This document shows, piece by piece, positions 15,340 to 27,724 of a stretch of DNA of 64,000 bases (position 1 is its first letter; each line of letters opens with the position of its first letter). A program made the translations under genes and the position numbers. The DNA is from the human T2T-CHM13v2.0 reference genome, Homo sapiens. A model generated the notes under the pieces. The model had not been told where the DNA came from. It did no database searches and saw nothing but the letters and a program-made list of their open reading frames with translations. The stretch is taken from the NCBI RefSeq assembly GCF_009914755.1, contig NC_060946.1; one strand, given 5' to 3'.

Positions 15340-15834
15340 TTTTTGTTTTGTTTTGTTTTGTTTTGTTTGTTTTTTGAGATGGAGTCTCGCACTGTCACTG
15401 GGGAGGAAGTGAGATGGCGCCATCTCGGCTCGCTGCAACGTCCGCCTCCCAGGTTCACGCGATTCTCCTGCCTCAGCCTCCTGAGTCGCTGGGACTACAG
15501 GCGCACACTACCACATCCGGCTAACTTTTTGTAATTTTAGTAGAGACAGGTTTCAGACGGAGTTTCGGTCTTGTTGCCCAGGCTGGAGTGTAGTGGTGCG
15601 ATCTCCCTCACTGCAACTTCCACCTCCCAGGTTCAAGCAGTTCTCCTGCCTCAGCCTTCCCAGTAGCTGGAATTACAGGCATGCACCACCACGCCCAGCT
15701 AATTTTGTATTTTTAGTAGAGATGGGGTTTCTCCATGTTGGCCAGGCTGGTCTTGAACTCCTGACCTCAGGTGATCCACCCGCCTCAGCCTCCCAAAGTG
15801 CTGGGGTTACAGGCGTGAGCCGCCCCACCCAGCC
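15340..15834 (-). mobile_element. Three-arm composite Alu (AluSp-like dimer plus an extra linker and right arm) with (GTTTT)n tail
   Basis: Junction agacaggtttc|agacggagtttc at about 15554 with no intervening A-tail. Confidence 0.9.
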
Positions 15835-16544
15835 GTGCCCCCATTTATAATAAAGTGTAACCTGAACACTATAACACACTGAACTGAACTTTAATTCCAT
15901 GGAGTTCCAACACAGCAAAGAGATGGTTTATGGACATTTGAGAAAAACAAATCACTTGCAGCTAACATATATACTCACTTGCTAAACTCACAACTTTGCT
16001 TTAAAAGTAAAGTTTTGTGATTGGCAGATAATGAAATGCCTAAGATATAATAACTATAATAATGATAATAATGATAATAATGACACTTCCTGAAGACAGG
16101 CCCCTTATGCATCTTATTCATAGCTCCGTCCCTTCACCTAGAACAGTGGCTAACACACAATAGGTGATCAATACATATTTCTCGAATAAATGAACAACAA
16201 GGCTCGTATTTATTGAACACTATGTGCCAGAGAAAGACATGGAAATAAAATTTATTAAAATTACAGATAATGATTATAATAACAACACTTACAGAACAAA
16301 CTGTGTGGCAGGAATCAATTTAAAGTATTTTACATATATTACATCTATTAACTTCATTAAATACTACAGACTGAATTGGATCTCCCTCAAAAAAAATCAT
16401 ATGTTGAAACCTGAACCCTCAGTATCTTAGAACGTAACTATATTTGGAGCTAGATAGGGCCTTTAAAGAGGTGATTAAGTTAAAATGAGGTCATTAGGGC
16501 AGGCTCTAATCTATGACTAGTATCCTTATAAGAAGAAGAGATGA

Positions 16545-16833
16545 GGTCTGGGCATAGTGGCTCATGCCTGTAATCCCAGCACTGCAGGAGGCTGAGGCAG
16601 GAGGATCCCTTGAGGTCAGGAATTTGAGACCAGCCAGGGCAACATAGAAAGATGCCTGTGTCTACAAAAAACATTTTTAAAAAGTTAGCCATGTGTGGCT
16701 GTATGCACCTCTAGTCCCAGCTACTCAGGAGGCTGAAGTGGGAATATTGCTTGAGCCTAGGAGTTTGAGGCTGCAGTGAGCCATGATCGCCACTGCACCC
16801 CAGCCTGGATGACAGAGTGATTCTGTCAAAGAA
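16545..16833 (+). mobile_element. AluJ
   Basis: ttgcttgagcctaggagtttgaggctgcagtgagccatgat; TSD aagaag(c)aagagatga. Confidence 0.95.
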
Positions 16834-17027
16834 AAGAAGCAAGAGATGATTAGGACTCAGACACACACAGAAGGATGGCTATATGGGAACGCAGGGAGAA
16901 GATGGCTATCCTTAAGCCAAGGAGAAAGGCCTTAGAAGAAACCAATTTTGCTGACACTTTGATCTAAGACTTCCAGCCTCCAGAATTATAAGGAAATAAA
17001 TTTCTGTTTTGTAAGTCACTCAGTCTA

Positions 17028-17351
<324 letters not shown>

Positions 17352-18153
17352 TCAGTTTATGGCACTATGTTATGGCAACCTTAACAAACTAATCCATTAC
17401 TCTTGTAATAACCAGGTAGTCTGACTTCAGGGTTCATACTCCTAACCACTGTGTTACACTGGCTTGCACACAACAATGGCTAACGTTATTGGCCACTTGC
17501 CAATAGCTGCTCAGTAGCAAGGTGGCTGCCTAAAATGAAACCTTCTGTAGTGCCTCATGCCTTTGTCAGTTTCCTTCAGCATTTTGTTCCCACTTTTATT
17601 ACTTATTCTTCTATGTCTTGCTTGTTTTACCCAGGTGCGGTGTGCTTGCCCTTGGTCTGTGGTACTTGGGAAGAGACCCACAGGTTGCTAACTGAGATCT
17701 CATAGAATCTCATGGGATCTACCATCCTTTTCCATATAATACGATCATTTGGTCAACTAAATACCAGAGAAGTGTAAAGCAAAGATCGTTTATTCATTCA
17801 ACAGACTGACTTGCTCAGTTCTTTTTATCTGCCAGACTGATCACACACTGAGGCTGGAGAAGTGAATTATCTGTCAGCTATGGCATGCAGCTCTGCCATC
17901 TTCTTGCTGTGAAATGAAGTTGATATTCTTCTACAGAGGGCCGTTGTGAGGATTATTAAATAAGATGGTTTATGCAAAGTGCTCAACACAATGCTAGTGA
18001 CGGAGATGGCCTTAACTTTCCTCTAGGCTTGACTTGACTTTAGACAGACTTCTTTCTCACTTGGGGTCCTTCTCTTCCCTTTTTAGAGCATTTACTTTAG
18101 AAAATCATAATTGTGAATTCTTTCTCTGCCCCTTTGAGATGTAAATCTTTTTA

Positions 18154-18449
<296 letters not shown>

Positions 18450-18460
18450 TAAATCTTTTA

Positions 18461-18525
18461 GATCGCACCGCTGCACTCCAGCCTGGGTGACAGAGCAGGA
18501 CACCATCTCAAAAGAAAAAAAAAAA
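18461..18525 (+). mobile_element. Severely 5'-truncated Alu 3' end
   Basis: gatcgcaccgctgcactccagcctgggtgacagagc...ctc followed by A-tail. Confidence 0.9.
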
Positions 18526-18861
18526 TTCTCATATTGTTAATGAATTTGTGTTATGTGGCTCAATTATATTAATAACAATTGAATTTCAAATAAAAAAAAT
18601 TCTCTTGCCAGTGGACAACCCAAGAATGTCTTTCTCTAGGACCTGGTAACCATCCTTTTGAAATGTAATCATCATGGAAGAGAATCCCTCTACCTATGGG
18701 AGGGTAGGAGCCTAACTTTCAGTGGGCACCTTGCTCTGTGTTGTAAAATTTCTTCCTGTCAAGAAGATGCAAGAAAGCTTATTTTCCTTTGGGTAAGGCC
18801 AATTAGCAAGCACAGGTCACCTATGGTCCAACTCACCCTGGCTCTTAAAAACTCCCCCACC

Positions 18862-19672
18862 TTCAAAAGAAGACATTCATGCAGCCAACAAACATGGAAA
18901 AAAAAAAGCTCATTATTAATGATCATTAGAGAAATGCAAATCAAAACCACAATAAGATACCATCTCATGCCAGTTAGAATGGCCATTATTAAAAAGTCAA
19001 GAAACAACAGATGGTTGCAGAGAAATAGGAACACTTTTACACTGTTGGTGGGAATGTAAATTAGTTCAACCACTGTGGAAGATGGTATGGTGATTCCTCA
19101 AAGATCTTGAACCAGAAATACCATCTGACCCAACAATTCCATTACTTGGGTATATACCCAAAGGAATATAAATCGTTCTATTACAAAATACACGCATGCG
19201 TATGTTCATTGCAGCACTATTCACAATAATAAAGACATGGAATCAACCCAGTTGCCCATCAACAATAGATCAGATAAAAAAAATGTGGTACATATATACC
19301 ATGGAATACTATGCAGCCATAAAAAAGAACGAGATCATGCCCTTTGCAGGGACATGGTTGGAGCTGGAAACCATTATCCTCAGCAAACTAATGCAGCAAC
19401 AGAAACAACACTGCATGTTCTCACTTGTAAGTTGGGGTTGAAAAATGAGAACATACGGACACAGGGAGGGGAACAACACACACTGGGGCCTGTTGGGGGG
19501 TGGGGTAGGGGGAGAGAGAGCATTAGGAAAAATTGCTAATGCATGCAGGGCTTAATACCTAGGTGATGGGTTGATAGGTGCAGCAAGCCACTATGGCACA
19601 TGTTTACATATGTAACAAACTGGTACATCCTGCCCATGTACCCCAGAACCTAGAACAAAACAAAGCAAAACA
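18862..19672 (+). mobile_element. 5'-truncated L1PA (about L1PA8-10)
   Basis: ORF2 end [15 protein letters not shown]...AAIKKNEIMPFAGTWLELETIILSKL; 3' UTR; degenerate TSD. Confidence 0.95.
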
Positions 19673-19770
19673 ACCTCTTCTACCCTTTGGTTCAGTGCAG
19701 TTGACTTCAGATTGAGTTCTGGCCTCTCTTCCCAATTGCAATACCCTTGACTAAAGCCTGCCTTGCTGTT

Positions 19771-20267
19771 TTTTTTTGTTTTTGTTTTTTTCAAAATATT
19801 GATATACCTAGTTGAATTTCTTCTTTTCTGTTTTGTTCCAGTTTTCTGGAACAGGCACTGCAAATGAATTACTTGGAAAATATCACACAGTTAACATTGA
19901 CCATAGAAGCCATGTTGCATGTCAATAACAGTGCAGATGCTTCTGAAATGCCAGGTGTTTCCCCATCCACATTTTATTTATTTTATTATTATTATTTTAA
20001 ATTTATTTTTCCACAATTTATTGGGGTACAGGTGGTATTCGTTACATGAGTAAGTTCTTTAGTGGAGATTTGTGAGAACCTGGTGCACCCATCATCCGAG
20101 TAATATACACTGCCCCATATTTATTGTCTTTTATCTCTCACTCCCCTCCCACTCTTTCCCTCAAGTCCCCAAAGTCCAGTGTATCATTTTTATGCCTTTG
20201 TGTCCTCAAAGATTAGCTCCCACATATCAGTGAGGACATACGATTTTTGGTTTTCCATTTCTAGTTA
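19771..20267 (-). mobile_element. 5'-truncated L1PB 3' end (about 19972-20267) plus putative 3'-transduced segment and second A-tail
   Basis: Perfect TSD ctgccttgctgtt at 19758-19770 and 20268-20280. Confidence 0.85.
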
Positions 20268-20539
20268 CTGCCTTGCTGTTGAACTTTACTCAGTGCACTT
20301 TTAAATTTTGACACCAGGTATACAGTAAGTGTTCAATAAATATTATGCAGTAAGTCTATTATTATGCTGCGCTTTCTGACCTCAAGATCCCCTTATGGTC
20401 TTCCGGTGAACGGTGTGTGACATGACCAAGGTAGGGCCTGACACCAAGTTAGGGCTCATTAATGGTTAATCACCTCTGATTTCTCCATTATTGTGTGCAG
20501 GATGTGTGTAAATCATGAGCATGTAGAGGTGTGTAAGAA

Positions 20540-21790
20540 GTAATCATTGCCCCCCCCCATGACCTTATAGTCACAAAGTCTGTCATATAACAAGCATTCT
20601 ATGATCATGTGGCAAGATTTTAGAAGAGGTTGTGCAATCAGCTAGGGAGTACACAGGCAGTGACAAAGCTCAGCCTGGTGACTGGGGAAGACTTCATTTT
20701 ACCAAAGAGGGACCAGCAGGAAGAGGAAGAGGGAAGACACAGGGTCAGAAAAGCATGTGACATGTTGGAAAGCAGGGAGCCGTTTCCTGTAGCTGGGGTT
20801 CAGTGTATAGAATTTGGACTGGGGGCCAGGCGCGGTGGCTCATGCCTGTAATCCCAGCACTTTGGGAGGCCGAGGCAGGTAGGTCACCTGAGGTCATGAG
20901 TTCAAGACCAGCCTGGCCAACATGGCAAAACCCCCGTCTCTACTAAAAACACAAAATTAGCCGGGCATGGGAGGTGCATGTAATCCCAGCTACTTGGGAG
21001 GCTGAGGCAGGAGAATCACTTGAACCCAGGAGGCAGAGGTTGCAGTGAGCCAAGATCACGAGACTCCGTCTCAGAAACAAACAAACAAACAAAAATTGGA
21101 TCAGGGAAGTGGGAAGAGATGAAGCTGGAAACATAAATTGGAGCCTGATTGGTGAGGTCATTTTATGGCCACAGCATTCGCAGTTGATAAGCAGGCATGT
21201 TGCATGGAAGGCTTTTAAGTAATAGGTGCTATAGCCAGTGTTTGATTTAAAGAGGTCAATGCTGATAGTGTGTAGGTTAGATTGAAATGTACAGGGTTTT
21301 CATCAGGAACAGGAAGGTTAGCCAGGGGGTTTATTGGAATTGTTTGGATAAATGATGATGCAGGACTCAACAGTGGCCGTGGAGGTGGAGAGGTGGGGAG
21401 GGATGTGGGGAATTTATAAGAGAATGGCAGGGAAGAAAGTGGAGTGTAAGCTAGAGGAAGGGATCATGCGAGGTTAGAAAATGGCATAGATCACAGTAAC
21501 ATTAACCAGAGCAGAGAGTGCAGGAGGAGAGGCTGCATTGGAGGCAGAAGGGAGGCAGGGAGAGAGACGATGGATTCAGCTTTGGACTTACTGCATTTGA
21601 GGGGTTTGCAGTATATCAAGGTGGAGTTGACAATTAGACCTTTACATTTGAGTCTGGAGCCTAAGAGAGAGTTTAGAGATAAAGGCCTGGGATTGGTTGG
21701 CGTTTAGGTTACCACTGAAATTCCAGGCACGATTGAGTTCTCCAGGGGGAGTATGATGAGAATAAAAGAAAAGAAAATATAAAGGGGCTA
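20540..21790 (-). mobile_element. L2 fragments (interrupted by an Alu)
   Basis: ggattcagctttggacttactgcatttgagggg...gagtctggagcctaagagagag. Confidence 0.7.
20824..21095 (+). mobile_element. AluS with a right-arm deletion and (AAAC)n tail
   Basis: ccaagatcacg|agactccgtctc skips the ccactgcactccagcctggg segment. Confidence 0.95.
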
Positions 21791-22149
21791 AGATAGGTGG
21801 ACACAAAGAATCTAAGTTTATGAGTCTATCTCCCCATAATTGGAAACACTACTCATAAGAACCATTCTTCCGAAAGAAATTGGCACAGTTAAATGGGACC
21901 AAAAGAGACCACGCCCTTTTAGGGAGTCCCGTTAGACTACAAACTCCTTGAGGTCAGCCAGCACATCTGCCTCAGTGCATAGCCCAGTGTTTGGCACATA
22001 AGCATCCCTCCTCTGTGTTATGAATGAATGAGGATTCATTGTAGTTGGCATACAGAAGACCAAGAGACACCTGAAGGCTGTCCTGAAAGGTTTGAAGAGC
22101 CAAGTGGACACCACAAGGGTCTCACTGGTTTGAAAGTTCACAATTATGG

Positions 22150-22495
22150 CGTGGACATTATAAAAAAAGTCAATTTCAGCTGTTACATCAAAGAAGAGCT
22201 TTCTGAAAAATGAAGGATTGAGGACCGGGCGCGGTGGCTCACACCTGTAATCCCAGCACTTTGGGAGGCCGAGGTGGGTGGATTGCCTGAGGTCAGGAGT
22301 TTGAGAGCAGCCTGACCAATATGGTGAAACCCAGTCTCTACTAAAAATACAAAAATTAGCCAGGTGTGGTGGCATGTGCCTGCAGTCCCAGCTATTCAGG
22401 AGGCTGAGGCAGGAGAATTGCTTGAACCTGAGAGGCAGAGGTTGCAGTGAGCTGGAGTCGTGCCTGGGCAACAAAGAGACACTTCATCTCAAAAA

Positions 22496-22538
<43 letters not shown>

Positions 22539-22690
22539 AGGATTGAACAGTGAGTCATGAGTTTTATGTCCCCAGAGGCCATTAAGCCTGAGGCTGGGGT
22601 GGTCTTCAGGGATGCTGGAGAAAGGATTCCCTATTGCCTGAGGGTTGGAGGTAAACCCCTCTGAGATCCTTTCTGCCCTGAATTGAGACC
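22150..22690 (+). mobile_element. L3/CR1 3' end split by an Alu
   Basis: atttcagct...aagaagagctttctga | gaggctgg...tcagggatgctggagaaaggattcc...gggttgg...gatcctttctgccctg. Confidence 0.6.
22222..22539 (+). mobile_element. AluS with (AAAT)n tail
   Basis: TSD aaggattga; tetranucleotide tail 22491-22539. Confidence 0.96.
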
Positions 22691-22849
22691 TAACTTGCAG
22701 GATTAATGGAAAAAACTTGTTTATTAGAATGAAGTTCATCAACATTCAAATACCAGGTTGGTGGCTTTTTAGCTGTGTAATCTTGGACAAATTATTCACT
22801 CTTCCTGAGTTCCAAGTCTTCATTAATACCATGGGCTTATGATGCCTAT

Positions 22850-23300
22850 AGTAAAGGTTAGGATTAGGGTTTGCTACTTATCATAGAAAAGCTCAGATAC
22901 CACTGACTTGAATGAAATAGAAATGCGGTTTTTATTTCTCCCAGAAATGTAGTGTGTAGGTAGGGATTCTAGGGCTAGTGTGCAAGTTTCTTTTATTTTT
23001 CTGCCCCACCATCCTCATGTTCATCCATCCTCATGTTCACCTCAAGATTCAAGCTACCTTTAAGGACCATCCCTACCCCCACCTCCACATTCTAGGTTGC
23101 AGGAACTGTGTGGGTGGGGTGGGGGAAAAGACAAATATAGGCTTGTTTTCCTGCTGAACCAGTTTCCTTCTGCTTTTATCTAATTGGCCACAGCTTAGTC
23201 TCATGGCCACAACTGACTGCCAGGGAGTCTGAGAAATGTTCTCTTTGCTCCTCCTTCCCCAAGCAATTATGACTCTATCACTAAAAAAGAAGGTAGAATG
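22850..23300 (-). mobile_element. Old MaLR LTR (MLT1J/K-like)
   Basis: ggttaggattagggtttgctac...taattggccacagcttagtctcatggccac...gggagtctgagaaatg. Confidence 0.55.
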
Positions 23301-23497
23301 GATACATGAAAAATAAAGTAGAGGTTCCTCTTCAAAGACTTTCCTCCCAGTCTAATTAGGAATAAATAGCAACTTCTCTTAAAAGCAAAATTTATTCAAA
23401 GACCTGTGCTAATATTCTTAAATATCTGCTAGCCATAATAAAGAAATCGATGTGCTTTATGTTCTTAGCTCCCACAATTTAGCCTAAATATTTGCCC

Positions 23498-23527
23498 TGG
23501 CATGCTTATACTAGTCCAAGCAAGCAT
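23498..23527. promoter_or_regulatory. Putative p53-family response element (3 contiguous decamers)
   Basis: TGGCATGCTT ATACTAGTCC AAGCAAGCAT; each 9/10 to RRRCWWGYYY, no spacer. Confidence 0.65.
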
Positions 23528-23649
23528 TAAGTCATAGCCTGTTCCTCTTCCTTATCTGAAGGTGTTTTTACCTTTCTCAGCATTCCACAAGTTACTTCCT
23601 CCTTCCTTTGTTCTCCCCTGCCTTTGCCTCTTTTAAAAAGTTCTAAGTT

Positions 23650-23770
23650 GCTAGCCAATCAAGGCAAATACAGAATGTGAGGTCCCATTCCAGCCAGTAG
23701 AAACCGGACACAGAAGTAAGGTGGAAGCGTCAGGTTATAAATGACCCTGTCTCCTTTGTTCAGTGTACTC
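23650..23770 (+). promoter_or_regulatory. LTR core promoter (CCAAT, TATA)
   Basis: agccaatc at about 23653; TATAAA at 23736-23741. Confidence 0.55.
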
Positions 23771-24025
23771 TCATGGCAAAACTGCTGGTGAGTGTACCCT
23801 TTCTGCAGAAAGTATAAAAATAGCTTTGCTGAGATTTATGTTCAAGTGCTATTTCTTTACAGCACTGAAGAACAAGCGTTTCAAACAGATATCACGGCAC
23901 AATTGCCACTGTCTGCTCTTCCCCCTGGCAGAGTTCCATGTGGGTGAAAGAGATAATCCAGTATATATCAAATGCCTGAGCATAGTAGATGCTAACTAAA
24001 TTGTCATTCTATTCTTATTCTACAG

Positions 24026-24109
24026 TAATTTGCAAGCAGATGGAACTTCAATATGGCAATAGAGAAAGAATCAATTAGACCAGAGTCTCCTCAGGAAGAC
24101 TTTCTATAG
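24026..24109 (+). other. Candidate 84-nt non-coding exon
   Basis: Branch point ctaac 23992-23996, AG-free pyrimidine tract, tacAG acceptor, TAG|GTAAGA donor; stops in all 3 frames. Confidence 0.35.
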
Positions 24110-24189
24110 GTAAGATAGAAAAAAGAATTGTAGTTTCCATTAATTGGCAATAGTAGGAAGAGTATTACAGAATAGGGGAAAATAGGAGG

Positions 24190-24460
24190 ATAATTGTAAT
24201 GCCCATTTGCTGAGGTTATGTGCCAGCCACTGTGCTTAGTACTTGGCCAGTGTTGTTCTCATTGAATTCTCATAACCACCTTACGAGATAAATACTATAT
24301 TTGACCCTGTTTTACAAAGGAAGAAAATGAGGCTTTGAGCAGTTCACTGACTTGCCTGTGTTCAGGTAAATACTAAATGTTCAATCCAGAATTCATTCTC
24401 AAAGATGTCAGGTTTTGAAGCCTGTAGTTCTAACCATGAGGCTGTATTACCACCACCATT
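24190..24460 (-). mobile_element. MIR
   Basis: cattgaattctcataaccacc...ttttacaaaggaagaaaatgaggct. Confidence 0.8.
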
Positions 24461-24675
24461 CATTAATTCCTGCAAGCATTCATTCATGCAATGCATATTT
24501 ATTGAATTTCTACTCTATGCCAGGCATTGTTTGGAGCCTGGGGATACAGAGGGGTACAATACAGACAGTGTGTCTGTTTCAACAAATTTATATGCTGGTG
24601 GTGGAAATAAGTAAGTAGAAATAAGTAAGTAGAACCCTAAGTGAACAAAATAATTGCAGACACTGATAGATGTCA

Positions 24676-25126
<451 letters not shown>

Positions 25127-25352
25127 TCAGGGAGATTCAGATAGAGGGAGTGGCGTGTCCCAAAGGAATGTACCTGGCTTGTTTGAGGAAGGAAAGGAAG
25201 ACAGCTGGGCCTGGGGCAGGAGAAGGAGCACCTGTGATGGCAGAGCCTTAGCCATTGCAGAAAGAAAGATTCAAGACTCTTCTAATTAGATTCTTTCTGG
25301 AAAGAGGGTGCTGGAGAAAAGGACAAGGCACTGTTTTTCTCTCGTGTTTTTA

Positions 25353-26110
25353 GAGTATTCTCCCTTATCTGTGGCGAATGCATTCTAAGACCCTCAGCAG
25401 ATGCCTGAAACTGCTGATAATACTGAGCCCTATACATACTGTGCTATGTTTTCCCTGTATATTCATACTTTTGACAAAGTTTTATATATAAACTAGGCAC
25501 AGTAAGACATTAACAGAAATAACTAATAATTATTAGTAGTGAAGCAAAAATTAAGTAAAATAGGATTACTTGAACACAAGCACTCTAAAACCTCAAGAGT
25601 TGAATTGATGACTGAGATGACTACTAAGTGACTCTGGGGCTGGTAACACCTGCAGCGTGGATACACTGGACAAATGGAGGATCCACATCAGGTTGGGACG
25701 GAGTGGCGATTTCTTCATGCTACTCAGAGCAATGTACAATTTAAAACGTACAAACTGTATATTTCGGCCAGGCACGGTGGCTCACACCTGTAATCCCAGC
25801 ACTTTGGGAGGCCAAGGTGAGTGGATCATGAGGTCAGAAGTTTGAGACCAGCCTGACCAACATGGTGAAACCCCATCTCTACTAAAAAAAAAAAAAAAAG
25901 TAGCCGGGCATGGTGGCAGGTGCCGAGATTGCGCCACTGCACTGGAGCCTGAGCGACAGAGCAAGACTCTGTCTCGGAAAAAACAAAAACAACAAAAAAG
26001 AAAAAACAAATTGTATATTTCTGGAATTTCCCGTTTAATATTTTCAGTTGACTGGGGGTAACTAAAAACCTCAAAAATCAAAACCACGGATGGATAAGGG
26101 GAGACTGCTG
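25353..26110. mobile_element. TcMar-Tigger MITE (MER44-like), split by an Alu
   Basis: Inverted termini gagtattctcccttatc / gataaggggagactgctg with TA on both sides. Confidence 0.85.
25766..26005 (+). mobile_element. AluS with internal right-arm deletion
   Basis: ggcaggtgcc|gagattgcgcc junction; TSD acaaa(c/t)tgtatatttc. Confidence 0.95.
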
Positions 26111-26684
26111 TATTTACAATTTTTTTCTTTATTTTTTAGTGTTGGGTATGTCAACCCATGAGACAACCATGATACAAGGAGAGTGACATTTTGTTCTGTT
26201 TAGGAGTCCATCTGATTGCATGTGGCCCCATCTGGTTCACTTCAGTGAGAGGGAAGCATGACTATTCCGGGGTGGCCTTTTCCTCTTTCCAGGTTAAACA
26301 AGTGTTTGTGGTTGCTGTGGAGCATGTGAGAATGATGGAAGGAGTTCGGCAGTCACCACTGATGATTGAGCACACCCTGCATGCATGGTCCTGTGCAGGA
26401 TGAAGCTGTCCCTGGTCAGGGAGCTGCAGAACCACAGCTCCTGCAGAATGGGTGAAAGCTGAGCTCATCATATGGAACTGTCCAAGGTACAACACCAGCA
26501 CGTGGCTGCTTCAGCATCTTATCCTTGAGGAGTAGGCTCTGAAGTTCAAGAAACACAGGGTCAAGGTTTTGCTTAGCAGACTGGCCTTAGACCCTTGGGA
26601 ATCCCCCAGAGTCTGGAGCCCAGGACAAGAGTGTCTGGTGGGAGAGCAGTGAGGCCCAGGAAGGGAGCCAAAAAATGTCCCTCA

Positions 26685-26996
<312 letters not shown>

Positions 26997-27710
26997 TCCT
27001 TCGGAAGACCTGAATGAGACCATCTCTACTGCATTTTGTGTAGTCCTGGGTCATGACAGTTGAAAGGTTGCAGAGACAATTGAGAAGAAAAAGTGGGCAA
27101 GATTGAAGAATGTGAGCGGTATCGGTCCTGAATGCCAGAAAGGGTAAAGGGACAGAAGTCAGCTGTTCAGGAAGAGGAGCTGACTTTGGATTTCAGTTTC
27201 GAGTCCTGGCAAAGCATCCAGGTAACATGATGAATTCTGGAACTGAAGCAGGGCTTACAAATGCACCTTTAGGAATCTCCTGGTGAAAATTTCAGGTCAA
27301 CAGTAAAGGTTTTTGCAGTCTAGTGAGCCACAGGGGACAATTAAATCAGGTCTCTAAGGTGGTGACCTACTAACCCACACCTCATGCCGGCCTTGAAAAC
27401 TGTCTGAACAGGGCTAGACTGGGGCAATGGGAGCTGCTACTTTGGGGTTGGGAATGTAGGGGCTGTGAAGGGGCTTGGCTCTCTGAGAGATGCAGGAAAG
27501 TCACATCCTCCTCTTTGTGCCGCCTCCTGTGCCGCTGACCCCTCCATCTTTTAGCAAGCCATTTTTCTTAAGTACTAAATGATGGAAGACAGACAATTAA
27601 GCCAGAGCCCAAGTACTTCATCTGCTGTTAGTTTCCTTAATTGTATTTCCTACACATTCTTTATAAATAGATTTAAGCAAGACACTATGTTCTTTAAAGT
27701 GTGCATTTTT

Positions 27711-27724
27711 GTTGCTATGGAAAC
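27711..27724. promoter_or_regulatory. RFX X-box motif in unique enhancer-like sequence
   Basis: GTTGCTATGGAAAC vs consensus GTTGCCATGGCAAC; MEF2-type TTATAAATAG at 27661. Confidence 0.5.

Larger units (their letters stand above)
23306..23887 (+). mobile_element. ERV1 solo LTR, LTR10C-like (HERV-I group), ~580 bp, little diverged
   Basis: aaagtagaggttcctcttcaaagactttcctcc...gaacaagcgtttcaaaca; flanks GATAC/GATAT; internal CCAAT and TATA. Confidence 0.8.

Noticed and set aside
17580-17640. Strong-looking splice acceptor (...ttgttttacccAG)
   Set aside because: No convincing downstream donor or open frame before the next repeats.
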